A stretch of 36,596 nucleotides of DNA from Candidatus Woesearchaeota archaeon (GCA_031402215.1 JANNSE010000062.1:1-36596); one strand, 5' to 3'; shown: positions 1-9,597, counted from the first letter of the stretch. The notes: generated by a model from the letters alone, not told the origin. Program-made: numbers and translations.

Positions 1-429
1 ATGTCAAAAAAAGAAATTATTAGTAGATTAGATGACAGGTACAAGAATGCTAAGACAGAACAAGATAAGAAAGTTATAACATATTTTAAAGAATTTATGC
101 AAGCAGGCGGAACTATTAACATAAAAATTCCAGATATGACAGATGTTATAGAAGAAATAAATCATAAAAGGCCAATAGGAGCAGCAATGACTACAAATTT
201 CATGAACGGTAGCACCATACCAAAATTTAATTTTCATTTCAATCTAATAACCGGTTATGATAAAACCAACATATATGCTAACGATCCACAATATGATGAA
301 CTACGAGGCGGAAAGAAAAAGTATACTATACAACAATTTTATTACGGAATGTACGCTAGTGCATACGGAGACATAGATAATGCATCATTATTCAAAGTCA
401 AGAAAAATAAAAACAACAAGAGGGATTAA
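1..429 (+). CDS. hypothetical protein (142 aa), no recognisable family
   Basis: Uninterrupted ORF starting with ATG at the window edge. Lys-rich C-terminus. I recognise no catalytic motif. The true start could lie upstream of the window. Confidence 0.5.
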   Translation: MSKKEIISRLDDRYKNAKTEQDKKVITYFKEFMQAGGTINIKIPDMTDVIEEINHKRPIGAAMTTNFMNGSTIPKFNFHFNLITGYDKTNIYANDPQYDELRGGKKKYTIQQFYYGMYASAYGDIDNASLFKVKKNKNNKRD

Positions 430-553
430 AATGTAACGACAAAATCTACAGTAATTAAAGGTAGAATACCACAACACTCATCATATCACAAAGATCATAG
501 AATTATTTATCACGCTAATTCTATCACCAAACAGATATAAAAAGTAAATATAA

Positions 554-604
554 GGGTGCACTCTAAATACGTTTAAAGAAATTTAGATATACAAGGGTGC
601 ACCC
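554..604. other. GC-rich palindromic structured element in a convergent intergenic region
   Basis: GGGTGCAC (554-561) is complementary to GTGCACCC (597-604). These enclose a second stem, TCTAAAT (562-568) / ATTTAGA (581-587). AAGGGTGCAC is also a direct repeat (552-561 and 593-602). Confidence 0.35.
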
Positions 605-644
605 AACTAGTTCTATTAGATAATGGTCTTAAGAATCTTTAGGT

Positions 645-1847
645 CTAATAAGATAATCGTATTATTTCATCCATAATCTTCCTTGATTTATCCGTCATAG
701 CTATCTTCAATTGCTCCCTATCCCTGATTTTGAAAAGATCCTCCTCAAGAAACATTGGAGCTCCTATATTAACCGTAGCAAAAAGTCTTACGCCATAATT
801 TTTGTAAGTGATACCTATAGGCACTATAGGAACAGTTATACCGTGTCTTATTCTCGCAAAATATGCTAACCAAACAAATCCTTCTCTTGGTGGTAAAAAT
901 TCAGGCCTATTGTTTATGGAAATAACATCGTTCACATGTGCATACGCTTCAGGAAATATACAAACCAAATTACCATGTCCAAGTTGAGAAATAACTTTTA
1001 GTTCAGACGCCTTATTGGAACTGTTATACGCATCAACGTCTCCTTGAGTTATTTTTCTTCCCAATAACTTTTTTCTAACTCCATTATATTCTTTCTCATC
1101 TCTTTTTATAGGCATAAATCCAAGCTTGTAGGCGTACTTTTCCATAACACTATTAACCAAAAAACCTTCAGCAGTAGAGAGAATATACATAGGTCTATTT
1201 ATTAAAGCAAAGAATATAACCGCATCAAAAGTGCCATCATAATGCCTTGATGCAATAAGACACGGACCTTTTTGTGGGATATTCTCTATGCCTGTCGGCT
1301 TTACTGACACATATAATCCTTTAAGTATCTTACTTATGATCTGTCCGGTTTTTATAGTTCTTATATCATATTTTAGGTTCTGAATTTCTTGGAAATAGTT
1401 TGAAAGTTTTTGTTCGGAATTTATTATTACATTAAAATCGTCCTTGATGGTTTTCATAAAAACTTTTTCATTGGCAAGACATTCAGTATAAGCCACAAAA
1501 TCTGATTCTTTCTCTTTAATCAACAACACATAAATCTTTCTAATAGTTTCATTAAGTTTTATAATTTCATTCCGAAATATAAACGGTAAATTATTGTTTA
1601 GATCTTTTTCTTTCAGTATTTTTTTATAAATATCTTCGGATATATTGAACTCTAGGTGTGCCTCTTTCTGTTTTATCTTGGCGAGAAGATCGTCAAGAAC
1701 GGCTTTTTCTATTTGTTCATCCGTAGAAATTGTATTAATTATTCCCAGCTGTGCATCTATTATTTTCTTTCTTAATACAGTAGATTCAGAACCAACTTTT
1801 TCATCGTAGAGCTTTTTCAATCCCTCAATATGATTTTGCAGAGACAT
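645..1847 (-). CDS. PlsC-like acyltransferase (lysophospholipid/glycerol-phosphate acyltransferase fold) with a ~170-aa N-terminal coiled-coil-like extension
   Basis: The C-terminal half carries ASRHYDGTFD (a variant of the HX4D acyltransferase block with one extra residue) and CIFPEAYAH (the FPEGT-like block). The N-terminal half is K/E/I-rich and looks helical. AGAGG lies directly upstream of the ATG. Confidence 0.65.
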   Translation of the reverse strand: MSLQNHIEGLKKLYDEKVGSESTVLRKKIIDAQLGIINTISTDEQIEKAVLDDLLAKIKQKEAHLEFNISEDIYKKILKEKDLNNNLPFIFRNEIIKLNETIRKIYVLLIKEKESDFVAYTECLANEKVFMKTIKDDFNVIINSEQKLSNYFQEIQNLKYDIRTIKTGQIISKILKGLYVSVKPTGIENIPQKGPCLIASRHYDGTFDAVIFFALINRPMYILSTAEGFLVNSVMEKYAYKLGFMPIKRDEKEYNGVRKKLLGRKITQGDVDAYNSSNKASELKVISQLGHGNLVCIFPEAYAHVNDVISINNRPEFLPPREGFVWLAYFARIRHGITVPIVPIGITYKNYGVRLFATVNIGAPMFLEEDLFKIRDREQLKIAMTDKSRKIMDEIIRLSY

Positions 1848-1939
1848 CCTCTAAGTTCGCCAGTAACATATATAAATTTTTCTATGAAGTTTTTCTTTAA
1901 TTAGAAAACGTTAAGAAAACACAAATATTGTCTCGAGTC

Positions 1940-3937
1940 TTATTCAATATACACTTCATGTATCAGCTCAATAAAAGTCGCTATACTCCATGTTTGACAT
2001 AAAGAACCGCCAGACTTAAACCATCCGCTAGAAGTCAATTCTGAAGAATATCCGATGAAACCCCAATACAAGATATCTTGAGAAGATGAATTAAATATCT
2101 TAAAGATATAATCCTTATATTTCTCTTTGTCGAGCCTATACATTGCAACAGCTGCTAGATTATTAACCCAGAACCATGAATCTCCTCTATGGTAACTCTT
2201 ATTATCTATGCCCGTATAATTTGATTGATATAAGGGATGAGTCTTATCTATAGTACTAAATCCTCCGCCTTTTACACCTTCGCCTAAGTCCCACTCACAC
2301 CATAATCTTGGCAAGGCACTATCAAATACTTGAGACCATTCAGTTGAAGTCAACAAGTCAGGATAAATATAATATGCTAAGAATAAATTAGGTCTTACAA
2401 CACCCTCTAAAGGACAATCATATCCGTCATTTAGATACATTCTTCCATCAACACTCTTAAAGAACTTGTCACGTACAAGTCTTCGCGTGTTCTCTTCTAA
2501 GACTTCTGCATTCAACTCGCTGATTACGATCTTAACCATCTTATCATTTTTCTTAACATACTTATTTGCTAAATAGTTGTCAAGCATATTCATCAATTTC
2601 AACATATTCAAAAATAGTGCTTGTATCTCTATACGAGCCCCTTCACGATAATCTTTATCATAACTCTCACTATTGAATGTGTCAATCCAAGTCTCTTGCC
2701 TATCATTTATTATTAAACCGTCCTTAGAATGATTTTTTAAGAGCATTTTAATACTAAACTTTAATCTCTCACTAATATAATTTAAATCAAACAACGTAAA
2801 GTAGTTATTGAAATTATTTCTTCTCTCACATAAGAACAAAAAATCCTGTAATCTCTTGAACAACCACCCTATACTATCCGCATTTCCTAAATTCGTCGCT
2901 GGATACCTATTGGATAATCTTCCATCATTCATTATTTCTGCTAAATATTTCATTAATAATTCTTTACTATAATCATATCTGTGTTCTAATAACAAGGACA
3001 TTACAGAAATTAATTCATCTCTACTCCAAAATTGATGGAACCAAGGTAAACCCGCCCACATTCCAGTAATTTTTTTATGATCTACCGGCAATTGCATCGA
3101 TAATTCATCTATAGCATGTACACAACTCGTATAAGCAAATGCTGCATCAGTACCGGCGATTTCTTGTATACAATTTTTTACCGATAAAACATTTTCGATG
3201 TAATGATCATAGACTTCTTCTATTTTCCCAGCATTTATGAAAATATCGTCTACTTTTTGTATTGCATCTTCTTTATCTTCTGAAAATGCAAAATATAATT
3301 TTAGATTTTTTCTGCAAGGAATTTTTAATGCGTTAAATATAAAAAAGTTAGCGCTATTTTTTCTAGCCAAATCATAATGATAAAATTTCTGAGACCAAGT
3401 ATTTACTAATTCATAATTAGAAGCGCCTTTAATAACAAGGTACGCTTTTTTATCGACGGCAGTTAAAGAACTGTCTCCATATTTGGTATATTCAATTATA
3501 ATTAAATCATCTTGTTTATAGATGTTATAGATTCTTCCTTGATCATTAGTATCAAACATTTCTCTGAAATCTAAATCTAAATAAATATACTCCCCATAAG
3601 AATCCACTTCATAGATCAATCCATTTTTAGCCAAAGTAAATCTCTCGACGGTATCAGAAGACCAACGCTCTATATTCGTAAAATTATTTATAATTTCCGT
3701 TACAGTCTTGCTAGTGTAAATATTATCTATACTCTTGTACATAGAATAACCGTTACCCTTACCAATATCAATAATATTAAACCATCCGTCTAAGTTAGAT
3801 AGTTGATCAGAAGGAACAGCGGGCAAAATCATGCAATGCCCTCTTCTATTCAACATAAACATCGAAGTATTTCTATCTACAGTATTAAATATATTTTTGC
3901 TAATTTTATCTTTTTTTACTTTGTGTGTTATTATCAT
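1940..3937 (-). CDS. glycogen debranching enzyme, amylo-alpha-1,6-glucosidase (GDE_C-type six-hairpin glycosidase)
   Basis: WAGLPWFHQFWSRDELIS matches the G-x-PWF...(G/S)RD signature and YHRGDSWFWVNN matches the yHnGs-W-w block of archaeal/bacterial GDE proteins. The 665-aa size is typical. A TATA-like CTATAATAAAA lies ~25 nt upstream of the ATG. Confidence 0.85.
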   Translation of the reverse strand: MIITHKVKKDKISKNIFNTVDRNTSMFMLNRRGHCMILPAVPSDQLSNLDGWFNIIDIGKGNGYSMYKSIDNIYTSKTVTEIINNFTNIERWSSDTVERFTLAKNGLIYEVDSYGEYIYLDLDFREMFDTNDQGRIYNIYKQDDLIIIEYTKYGDSSLTAVDKKAYLVIKGASNYELVNTWSQKFYHYDLARKNSANFFIFNALKIPCRKNLKLYFAFSEDKEDAIQKVDDIFINAGKIEEVYDHYIENVLSVKNCIQEIAGTDAAFAYTSCVHAIDELSMQLPVDHKKITGMWAGLPWFHQFWSRDELISVMSLLLEHRYDYSKELLMKYLAEIMNDGRLSNRYPATNLGNADSIGWLFKRLQDFLFLCERRNNFNNYFTLFDLNYISERLKFSIKMLLKNHSKDGLIINDRQETWIDTFNSESYDKDYREGARIEIQALFLNMLKLMNMLDNYLANKYVKKNDKMVKIVISELNAEVLEENTRRLVRDKFFKSVDGRMYLNDGYDCPLEGVVRPNLFLAYYIYPDLLTSTEWSQVFDSALPRLWCEWDLGEGVKGGGFSTIDKTHPLYQSNYTGIDNKSYHRGDSWFWVNNLAAVAMYRLDKEKYKDYIFKIFNSSSQDILYWGFIGYSSELTSSGWFKSGGSLCQTWSIATFIELIHEVYIE

Positions 3938-3985
3938 TTTGATTTGTTACAAATTTTATTATAGTTTTTTAGTATAATTAATTGC

Positions 3986-4957
3986 TTATTCTCCTCTATA
4001 AAACTTTGCTGCAGTTTCTGGGCTGATTCTATTTATGTAAGTTTCAACACCATTCTCTACACCACCCCAAGTATCAATTCGCGGAGTAACTTCTATGTGA
4101 AAATGTAATCCTTTTGAAGTATTCATCAAATCTCTAGGAGTATTATGTATAACATAATTATATGAGCAATCTAACACCTTTAATCTACCTAATATCTGAC
4201 GCATTATGCTGGCCAATTCATATAAGTCTCCTTCACTCAATTGAGTCATAGATAAGAGATGTTTCTTCGGGAACACCCATATTTCGTAGTTAAATCTTGA
4301 TGCGTATGGAGTAAATGCTACAAATGCATTGGTTTCAAAACATCTTCTTAAAGATTCTTTCTCAATATTTAATATTTCACAATAAGGACAACTAGCATAA
4401 TTACCTACAGCATATAATTCGTCACGAATTAATTTTGGTACGTGATTAAATGCTATAACTTGTGAATGCGTATGTTTAATAGATGTTCCAGCATTTGGTC
4501 CATGATTCTTAAATACTAAAACATATCTTATGTGCTCTCTATTAGACAAATCTTCAAGTCGATTCTTGTACACACTCAAAAGATTTTTCATGTCAGAATC
4601 ATTAAAGTCGTGTAATTGAATATCATGATTATTTGTCTCGACTATAACTTCGTGATAACCATATCCGTCAGAGAATGTGAAGAATTTATTATCTGTTTGT
4701 ATGTATTGTTTTCCTAATGGTTCTACAGCAGGATACTTGTTATCAAACCATCTTATTGTCCAAGGATCTCCAAGTTTACCTCTCTCTTTTCCTGCTAGAT
4801 ACTCGTGTCCTGGGCAAAAGAAACATGCGGCTTTATCGTCTGCAATACTATCTATTCTGTCCATATGCGCTCCTCTCTTCATAAAGTCAGGTCTTAACCC
4901 TCTTATTTCTGAGATTACCACATATCTGTCCAAAATATAGTCTTTTCGTAGTTCCAT
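3986..4957 (-). CDS. galT: galactose-1-phosphate uridylyltransferase-type (GalT, HIT superfamily) nucleotidyl-sugar transferase/phosphorylase
   Basis: CFFCPGHE is the zinc knuckle, HTHSQV is the H-x-H-x-Q active site, and the degenerate second half-domain shows HFHIEV. The 323-aa size is typical. Confidence 0.85.
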   Translation of the reverse strand: MELRKDYILDRYVVISEIRGLRPDFMKRGAHMDRIDSIADDKAACFFCPGHEYLAGKERGKLGDPWTIRWFDNKYPAVEPLGKQYIQTDNKFFTFSDGYGYHEVIVETNNHDIQLHDFNDSDMKNLLSVYKNRLEDLSNREHIRYVLVFKNHGPNAGTSIKHTHSQVIAFNHVPKLIRDELYAVGNYASCPYCEILNIEKESLRRCFETNAFVAFTPYASRFNYEIWVFPKKHLLSMTQLSEGDLYELASIMRQILGRLKVLDCSYNYVIHNTPRDLMNTSKGLHFHIEVTPRIDTWGGVENGVETYINRISPETAAKFYRGE

Positions 4958-5014
4958 AAAATCAACTCAACATACTTATTTTAATTTAAATTTCAATAAA
5001 ACTAAATATTATTT

Positions 5015-6799
5015 TTACTTAACCTTTTTTTGTAATGCCATGTTATGTGCATTAATATAATATTCTACAAATATTTTCCAATCTGCTAATCCCGAAAAGT
5101 TTTTAGCATTCAATTTACAGTCAACACGTTGCTGTTGTGTAAATTTAGTAAATTTATGCATAATATTAGCAAATTCATCGATGACCTGATCTTCGGGTTT
5201 ATTTAATCTTTCAAGTAAATATAGTCCTTCTTTGTTTGCACCATGATTCTTGACAAATAAACCAAATCCGCTCAAATCCGTAGTTAGTGCAGGAATTCCT
5301 AATGCGACACTCTCTAAAGGAGTATAACCCCAAGGCTCATAATAACTAGGGAACAATCCGAGATGACCTCCTATTATTGCGTCATAGTAAGTTAAATCAA
5401 TAAATCCGTCATTACCGTCTAAGTATACTGGTTCCACAATAACTTTTACTGCATCCTCTCTAGCATTTGATAATCCATTCTGTTTGAATGCATTGATAAC
5501 TTGATTGTTTTGCTCATCAACATTGTGTGTGCTAAATGGAGGATTGCCTTTACGTTCGAATGCGATTAAATCTTTACGCAAACTCTGCATGAATGTATCA
5601 GTCACTAAACCTTTTTCTGCATGTTCTTTTCTAGAGATAACATCATATATCAATCTAGTGAGTATATCATTACCGTTTGCATTGATAAAATTCTTTATAT
5701 GCATGTAATAATTTTTATTCTCTAAAACTTCAATCTTCATTCCATGTTGTTCCATAGGTATCCAGAAGAACACCGTTACAGTGTGCGAATTAGTAGGATC
5801 GGCTTTAAGTTGAGCATTTAACTTTCCTAAAGCCTTAATCAACAAATCATATCCTTTATTATGATACTCGTAACGACCGATAGTAAAGAATATTAAATTC
5901 TTTTCTAAATCAAAAGTATAGTAAGGGAAATAATAATATGTTAGGAATTCACGTATCTTTTCTCTAGAAATTCTGTGTTTTATAGATATATCTTCGAATG
6001 TAGGGAATTTGTCTATATCTAATCCATTGTACGTTAATATATCTGGTTTTCTAGATAAGAATTTCTCTGATTCCATACCGGTAATATCAGAAACTGTTGT
6101 GAATACGTCAGAATTTAATGCGGCAGCTTTTTCAGTTAAGAATTTTGATTCTACATTGAAACGATAAGCCTCATGTACTGGATCAATATGATTTATTGAA
6201 TTATATAAGTCTATACCGTTGGAAGCTAATGTTCTTCCTAATACCGTAGCGTGTGTAGTAAATACTGTGGCTACACTCTTACAAGCACTCTTTAAGTATA
6301 ACACACAAAATGCAGATAACCATTCGTGACATTGCGCTACAATCTTTTTATCGTGCAAAGATATGTCGTGTATTCTATGTATAAGTCTTCCAACACAGTA
6401 AGACCACAACATTGGTTCTTCAAAATCCCAAGAACTTTTTAATGAATCTATTTGATAATCACGCCAGAACATACCTTTCAAAGAATCTTTTTGATTGGCT
6501 ATGCCTAAGAATTCTACAAGTATAACTTTAGGTCTTCCCTTAATATCGTCCCAAGAACCATAATGATACACTATGCCTTCTCGACGTAATTCTTCAAAAG
6601 CTTGTTTGAACTCTTCCGGAGGAGTTTCCTCACTAAATTCTAATTTTGCATGTTGCTCGAAATAAGGTCCTACCATAAAATAATTTTTGTAATGAGCGCG
6701 CATTTGCTCGGACTTAGAAGTAAGTACAGTATATATTCCTCCGACTTTATTACATACTTCCCACGATATTTCAAATACATAATCCGCTTCTGGATTCAT
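5015..6799 (-). CDS. GT3-family (eukaryote/Bacteroidetes-type) glycogen synthase
   Basis: FEISWEVCNKVGGIYTVL, HEWLSAF, VFTTHATVLGR, DVFTTVSDIT, FFTIGRYEYHNKGYD and YEPWGYTPLES are co-linear with the conserved blocks of yeast/animal glycogen synthase. AAGGTGA SD lies upstream. Confidence 0.93.
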   Translation of the reverse strand: MNPEADYVFEISWEVCNKVGGIYTVLTSKSEQMRAHYKNYFMVGPYFEQHAKLEFSEETPPEEFKQAFEELRREGIVYHYGSWDDIKGRPKVILVEFLGIANQKDSLKGMFWRDYQIDSLKSSWDFEEPMLWSYCVGRLIHRIHDISLHDKKIVAQCHEWLSAFCVLYLKSACKSVATVFTTHATVLGRTLASNGIDLYNSINHIDPVHEAYRFNVESKFLTEKAAALNSDVFTTVSDITGMESEKFLSRKPDILTYNGLDIDKFPTFEDISIKHRISREKIREFLTYYYFPYYTFDLEKNLIFFTIGRYEYHNKGYDLLIKALGKLNAQLKADPTNSHTVTVFFWIPMEQHGMKIEVLENKNYYMHIKNFINANGNDILTRLIYDVISRKEHAEKGLVTDTFMQSLRKDLIAFERKGNPPFSTHNVDEQNNQVINAFKQNGLSNAREDAVKVIVEPVYLDGNDGFIDLTYYDAIIGGHLGLFPSYYEPWGYTPLESVALGIPALTTDLSGFGLFVKNHGANKEGLYLLERLNKPEDQVIDEFANIMHKFTKFTQQQRVDCKLNAKNFSGLADWKIFVEYYINAHNMALQKKVK

Positions 6800-6843
6800 A
6801 GCTCACCTTTTTTATACAATTTTATATGAAATGATAATTATAA

Positions 6844-7779
6844 TTACAAAAATAATCTATAAATTAACAAGGTTATTATCAATAACACTAATGCGAAATA
6901 TAATATAACCCATAATGCATTTTCTCTACCATTTTGACCTGCTTCATCTTCTAACGTCGTTTCTGGATAGATTTCTTCTTCTTTCTCGACTACTATTTTC
7001 TCTATGTCTTTTTTTGATAAAATCTTTTTTGAAAATAGGTGGAACAAGTTATGTTTAATTTTTGACTCTTTAGGTCTCTCTTCTTCAGCCTTTTCTTCAT
7101 ATTTCTCGTGTATCTTTTCAGAAGCTTTATGATGTTCCACTATAGGAGATTCCACTTCATGATGCAATTCAGGCAGTATTTTCTTAGGTTCTCGACGAGA
7201 AAACAACCAGTGACGCTTAACAGAAGTTTTTGTATTATCTTCTTTTTTATTCTCTTTATGTTCGTCAATTTTATGCTCGTGATCTTTATGTTGTTCTACT
7301 TCATGTTCAACAGGATGAACTTTGTAGATAGGTTCAGCGTGATGAGGCTCGTGATGTGGCGTTTTATTATGTTCTATCTCATGATGTACATCATGATGTA
7401 TGATTGGTTCTATTACATGTTCAGGCACATATACTTGCACCTCTTCTACTTTTTCCACTTTAGGAATTTTTATTATAGAATTTCCGAATGTAGCATTACT
7501 AATTTTATCTCTTATCGCTAACGCAGTCTCATGTTTAGAGGGTATAGTTCTTAATTTGTTTGCAAAATGTTTATCGCCTAGAACGTGTTCTGTCCAATTT
7601 GCAAAATCATTCTTGTGATGATTAACAAATTGATGGAATTCGTGATCACTAAGAAAATCTATTTTTGACACTAATTCTAATAAATTTTTAGCTCTACTGC
7701 CGTCATGGAATACAAATTCTTTATCATATGACGCACTAATCAACATCTCACCCTTTTTACATTCCCTCTTTAACTTCAA
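6844..7779 (-). CDS. membrane-anchored histidine-rich protein with an N-terminal NDFANW module
   Basis: Residues ~20-95 are homologous to the C-terminal half of the neighbouring 7815-8294 product (FV..DG....EL...KNDFANW..V.G....A.K(I/L)RTI..HE). Residues ~120-225 are rich in H/E/K. A C-terminal hydrophobic helix (ALWVILYFALVLLIITLLIY) follows. The start is uncertain: TTG 7779 or ATG 7746. Confidence 0.6.
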   Translation of the reverse strand: MKLKRECKKGEMLISASYDKEFVFHDGSRAKNLLELVSKIDFLSDHEFHQFVNHHKNDFANWTEHVLGDKHFANKLRTIPSKHETALAIRDKISNATFGNSIIKIPKVEKVEEVQVYVPEHVIEPIIHHDVHHEIEHNKTPHHEPHHAEPIYKVHPVEHEVEQHKDHEHKIDEHKENKKEDNTKTSVKRHWLFSRREPKKILPELHHEVESPIVEHHKASEKIHEKYEEKAEEERPKESKIKHNLFHLFSKKILSKKDIEKIVVEKEEEIYPETTLEDEAGQNGRENALWVILYFALVLLIITLLIYRLFL

Positions 7780-7814
7780 TTATGAAACAAAAATTATGAA
7801 ACAAAATAAAAAAA

Positions 7815-8294
7815 TTACTTTCTAGTCAATTTGTCTAATTTGTCGAACATGTGTTTGTAAAGTTCTACACTCATCTCATGTCTGTTTCTTATAGTTCGTA
7901 TTTTCTTTGCAACATCTGGTTCTCCAAACACATCATTAATCCAATTAGCAAAGTCGTTTTTTGTATCATTAACATGATACTTAAAAATATCGTCTGTTAT
8001 TGTCTGTAATACATCTGCTAATTCCTTACCACTCTTAAGTTTTCTACCATCACATAATACAAAATATTTATCAGGAGTTACTTCAACGTATAATAATTTC
8101 CTGACGGAGGGTGTCGCAACCTTAACAGGCACAGACGTAGGTACTACAACTTTTTGTGGCACTACTGCCGGTAGAGTTATGTTTGGCAACGAAGCCTTAA
8201 TAGGTTTCTTTGCAGAAGTCTTTATAGCCACTTTGTGCATGACTTTTTTTGCAACCTTTTTAGGAGTCAACACTTTCTTTACACTCTTTTTCAT
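7815..8294 (-). CDS. small basic protein with a C-terminal NDFANW module
   Basis: I prefer ATG 8294 because it is preceded by GAGGTG plus a 6-nt spacer. The track start GTG 8303 lies inside that SD. The N-terminal K/A/P/V-rich basic tail is followed by a module paralogous to 6844-7779. Confidence 0.6.
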   Translation of the reverse strand: MKKSVKKVLTPKKVAKKVMHKVAIKTSAKKPIKASLPNITLPAVVPQKVVVPTSVPVKVATPSVRKLLYVEVTPDKYFVLCDGRKLKSGKELADVLQTITDDIFKYHVNDTKNDFANWINDVFGEPDVAKKIRTIRNRHEMSVELYKHMFDKLDKLTRK

Positions 8295-8325
8295 ATCTAT
8301 CACCTCAAAAAAATTGTTTAAATGC

Positions 8326-9597
8326 TTAATTAAATGCCTTTGCAGGACTCTCTGTCAACTTATGTTTAACATGATAATTGCTCTTTAACTCTATGACGAC
8401 GCTTTTCTCCTGAATTAATTTTTTCATTCTAAAGATTATATCGTTTAATATGTTCATGAAATTTATGTATGATTCATATGGCGTATCATAAGGATTGAAA
8501 TACTTGTGTACATCTCCATCGTTGAAATATTTTGTACACATATAATAGAAGTGGTCGCTAGTTGTTAATTTACGCCAATCTTCTAGTAAAGCCTTATTAT
8601 TTACTTCCTTAACTATTTTTTCTAAGGCGTACAATTCAGCTAGTGCTGAATTCTGCATATTGTTGCCAACCCATGCACTTAAATCTCTTTCTATGTCTGC
8701 CCATGACAAATAATTATGAATATCTAATTCTGCAACCGGTTCTACTTTTGCTAACTCTGAGGGCCATATAAAATTAGTATGAATATTTTTGAATAATTCG
8801 TGCGGTAAATGCCTTATGAAATTGAATATTCCAGTATCTTCCCACTGGTGTTCGCCAAATGTTTCATAATCCATAAACAAATTTATTGAATGTTCTGCAT
8901 GTTGATTTATCCAATTAGCATATTTCTCTGCAGTTAAAGGATAACTCTCCCAAGACTTTTGACCAAATCTGAATGCAATATCATCACTCAACTTATAATT
9001 CTTTAACAATAATCTCATTGTCTTTGTAGTCTTTGCTCTATACACGTAGTTTGGACTACGCCATTGTAATATGTGATCTGCACCTTCTGCTAACATTGCC
9101 TTGTAACCAAGTTTCTCAACAAAATTAGCAATCTCATTATTGAATATTAATTCCGTATTTCTGAATACAACTGGTTCTTGACCAAATAATTCTTTAATTT
9201 TTTTACGATGCATTTCCACTTGTGCCTTAAATTCCTCTTTAGAATAAATGTAGGAAAGTGAGTGATAGTATGTTTCTGATAAAAACTCCACACATCCTGT
9301 AGCTGCAAGTCTCTTGAAGGATTCTAGAACTTCAGGAGCATATTTCTCGAATTGCTCTAATGCTACACCAGTTATACTATACGCGATTTTGAATTGTCTA
9401 TCATTATTCTTGTACGTATTAATCAGATCTAACATCGCTTGATTTGTTGGAAGATAACATTTTCTAGCTACTTTCTGCATAACTTCAGAATTTTTGGCAT
9501 CATCAAAATAATCACTATTGTGACCTATATTGAACACAGAATAGCGCTTCATTCTATACGGTTGGTGTACTTGAAAATAAAAGCATATGTTTGGCAT
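8326..9597 (-). CDS. GH57-family alpha-glucan-active enzyme (AmyC-like amylase / glucanotransferase type)
   Basis: The five GH57 regions are recognisable: FYFQVHQPYR, GCVEFLSETYYH, FRNTELIFNNE, FMDYETFGEH and LTTSDHFYYM. GAGG SD lies 6 nt upstream. Confidence 0.85.
   Translation of the reverse strand: MPNICFYFQVHQPYRMKRYSVFNIGHNSDYFDDAKNSEVMQKVARKCYLPTNQAMLDLINTYKNNDRQFKIAYSITGVALEQFEKYAPEVLESFKRLAATGCVEFLSETYYHSLSYIYSKEEFKAQVEMHRKKIKELFGQEPVVFRNTELIFNNEIANFVEKLGYKAMLAEGADHILQWRSPNYVYRAKTTKTMRLLLKNYKLSDDIAFRFGQKSWESYPLTAEKYANWINQHAEHSINLFMDYETFGEHQWEDTGIFNFIRHLPHELFKNIHTNFIWPSELAKVEPVAELDIHNYLSWADIERDLSAWVGNNMQNSALAELYALEKIVKEVNNKALLEDWRKLTTSDHFYYMCTKYFNDGDVHKYFNPYDTPYESYINFMNILNDIIFRMKKLIQEKSVVIELKSNYHVKHKLTESPAKAFN

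Noticed and set aside
7108-7618. Plus-strand ORFs of 137 aa and 72 aa overlapping the His-rich gene
   Set aside because: They are antisense shadows of the H/E/K-rich tract. CAT/GAA/AAA codons read backwards give the observed F/M/I-rich low-complexity peptides. They have no start context and no SD or TATA.
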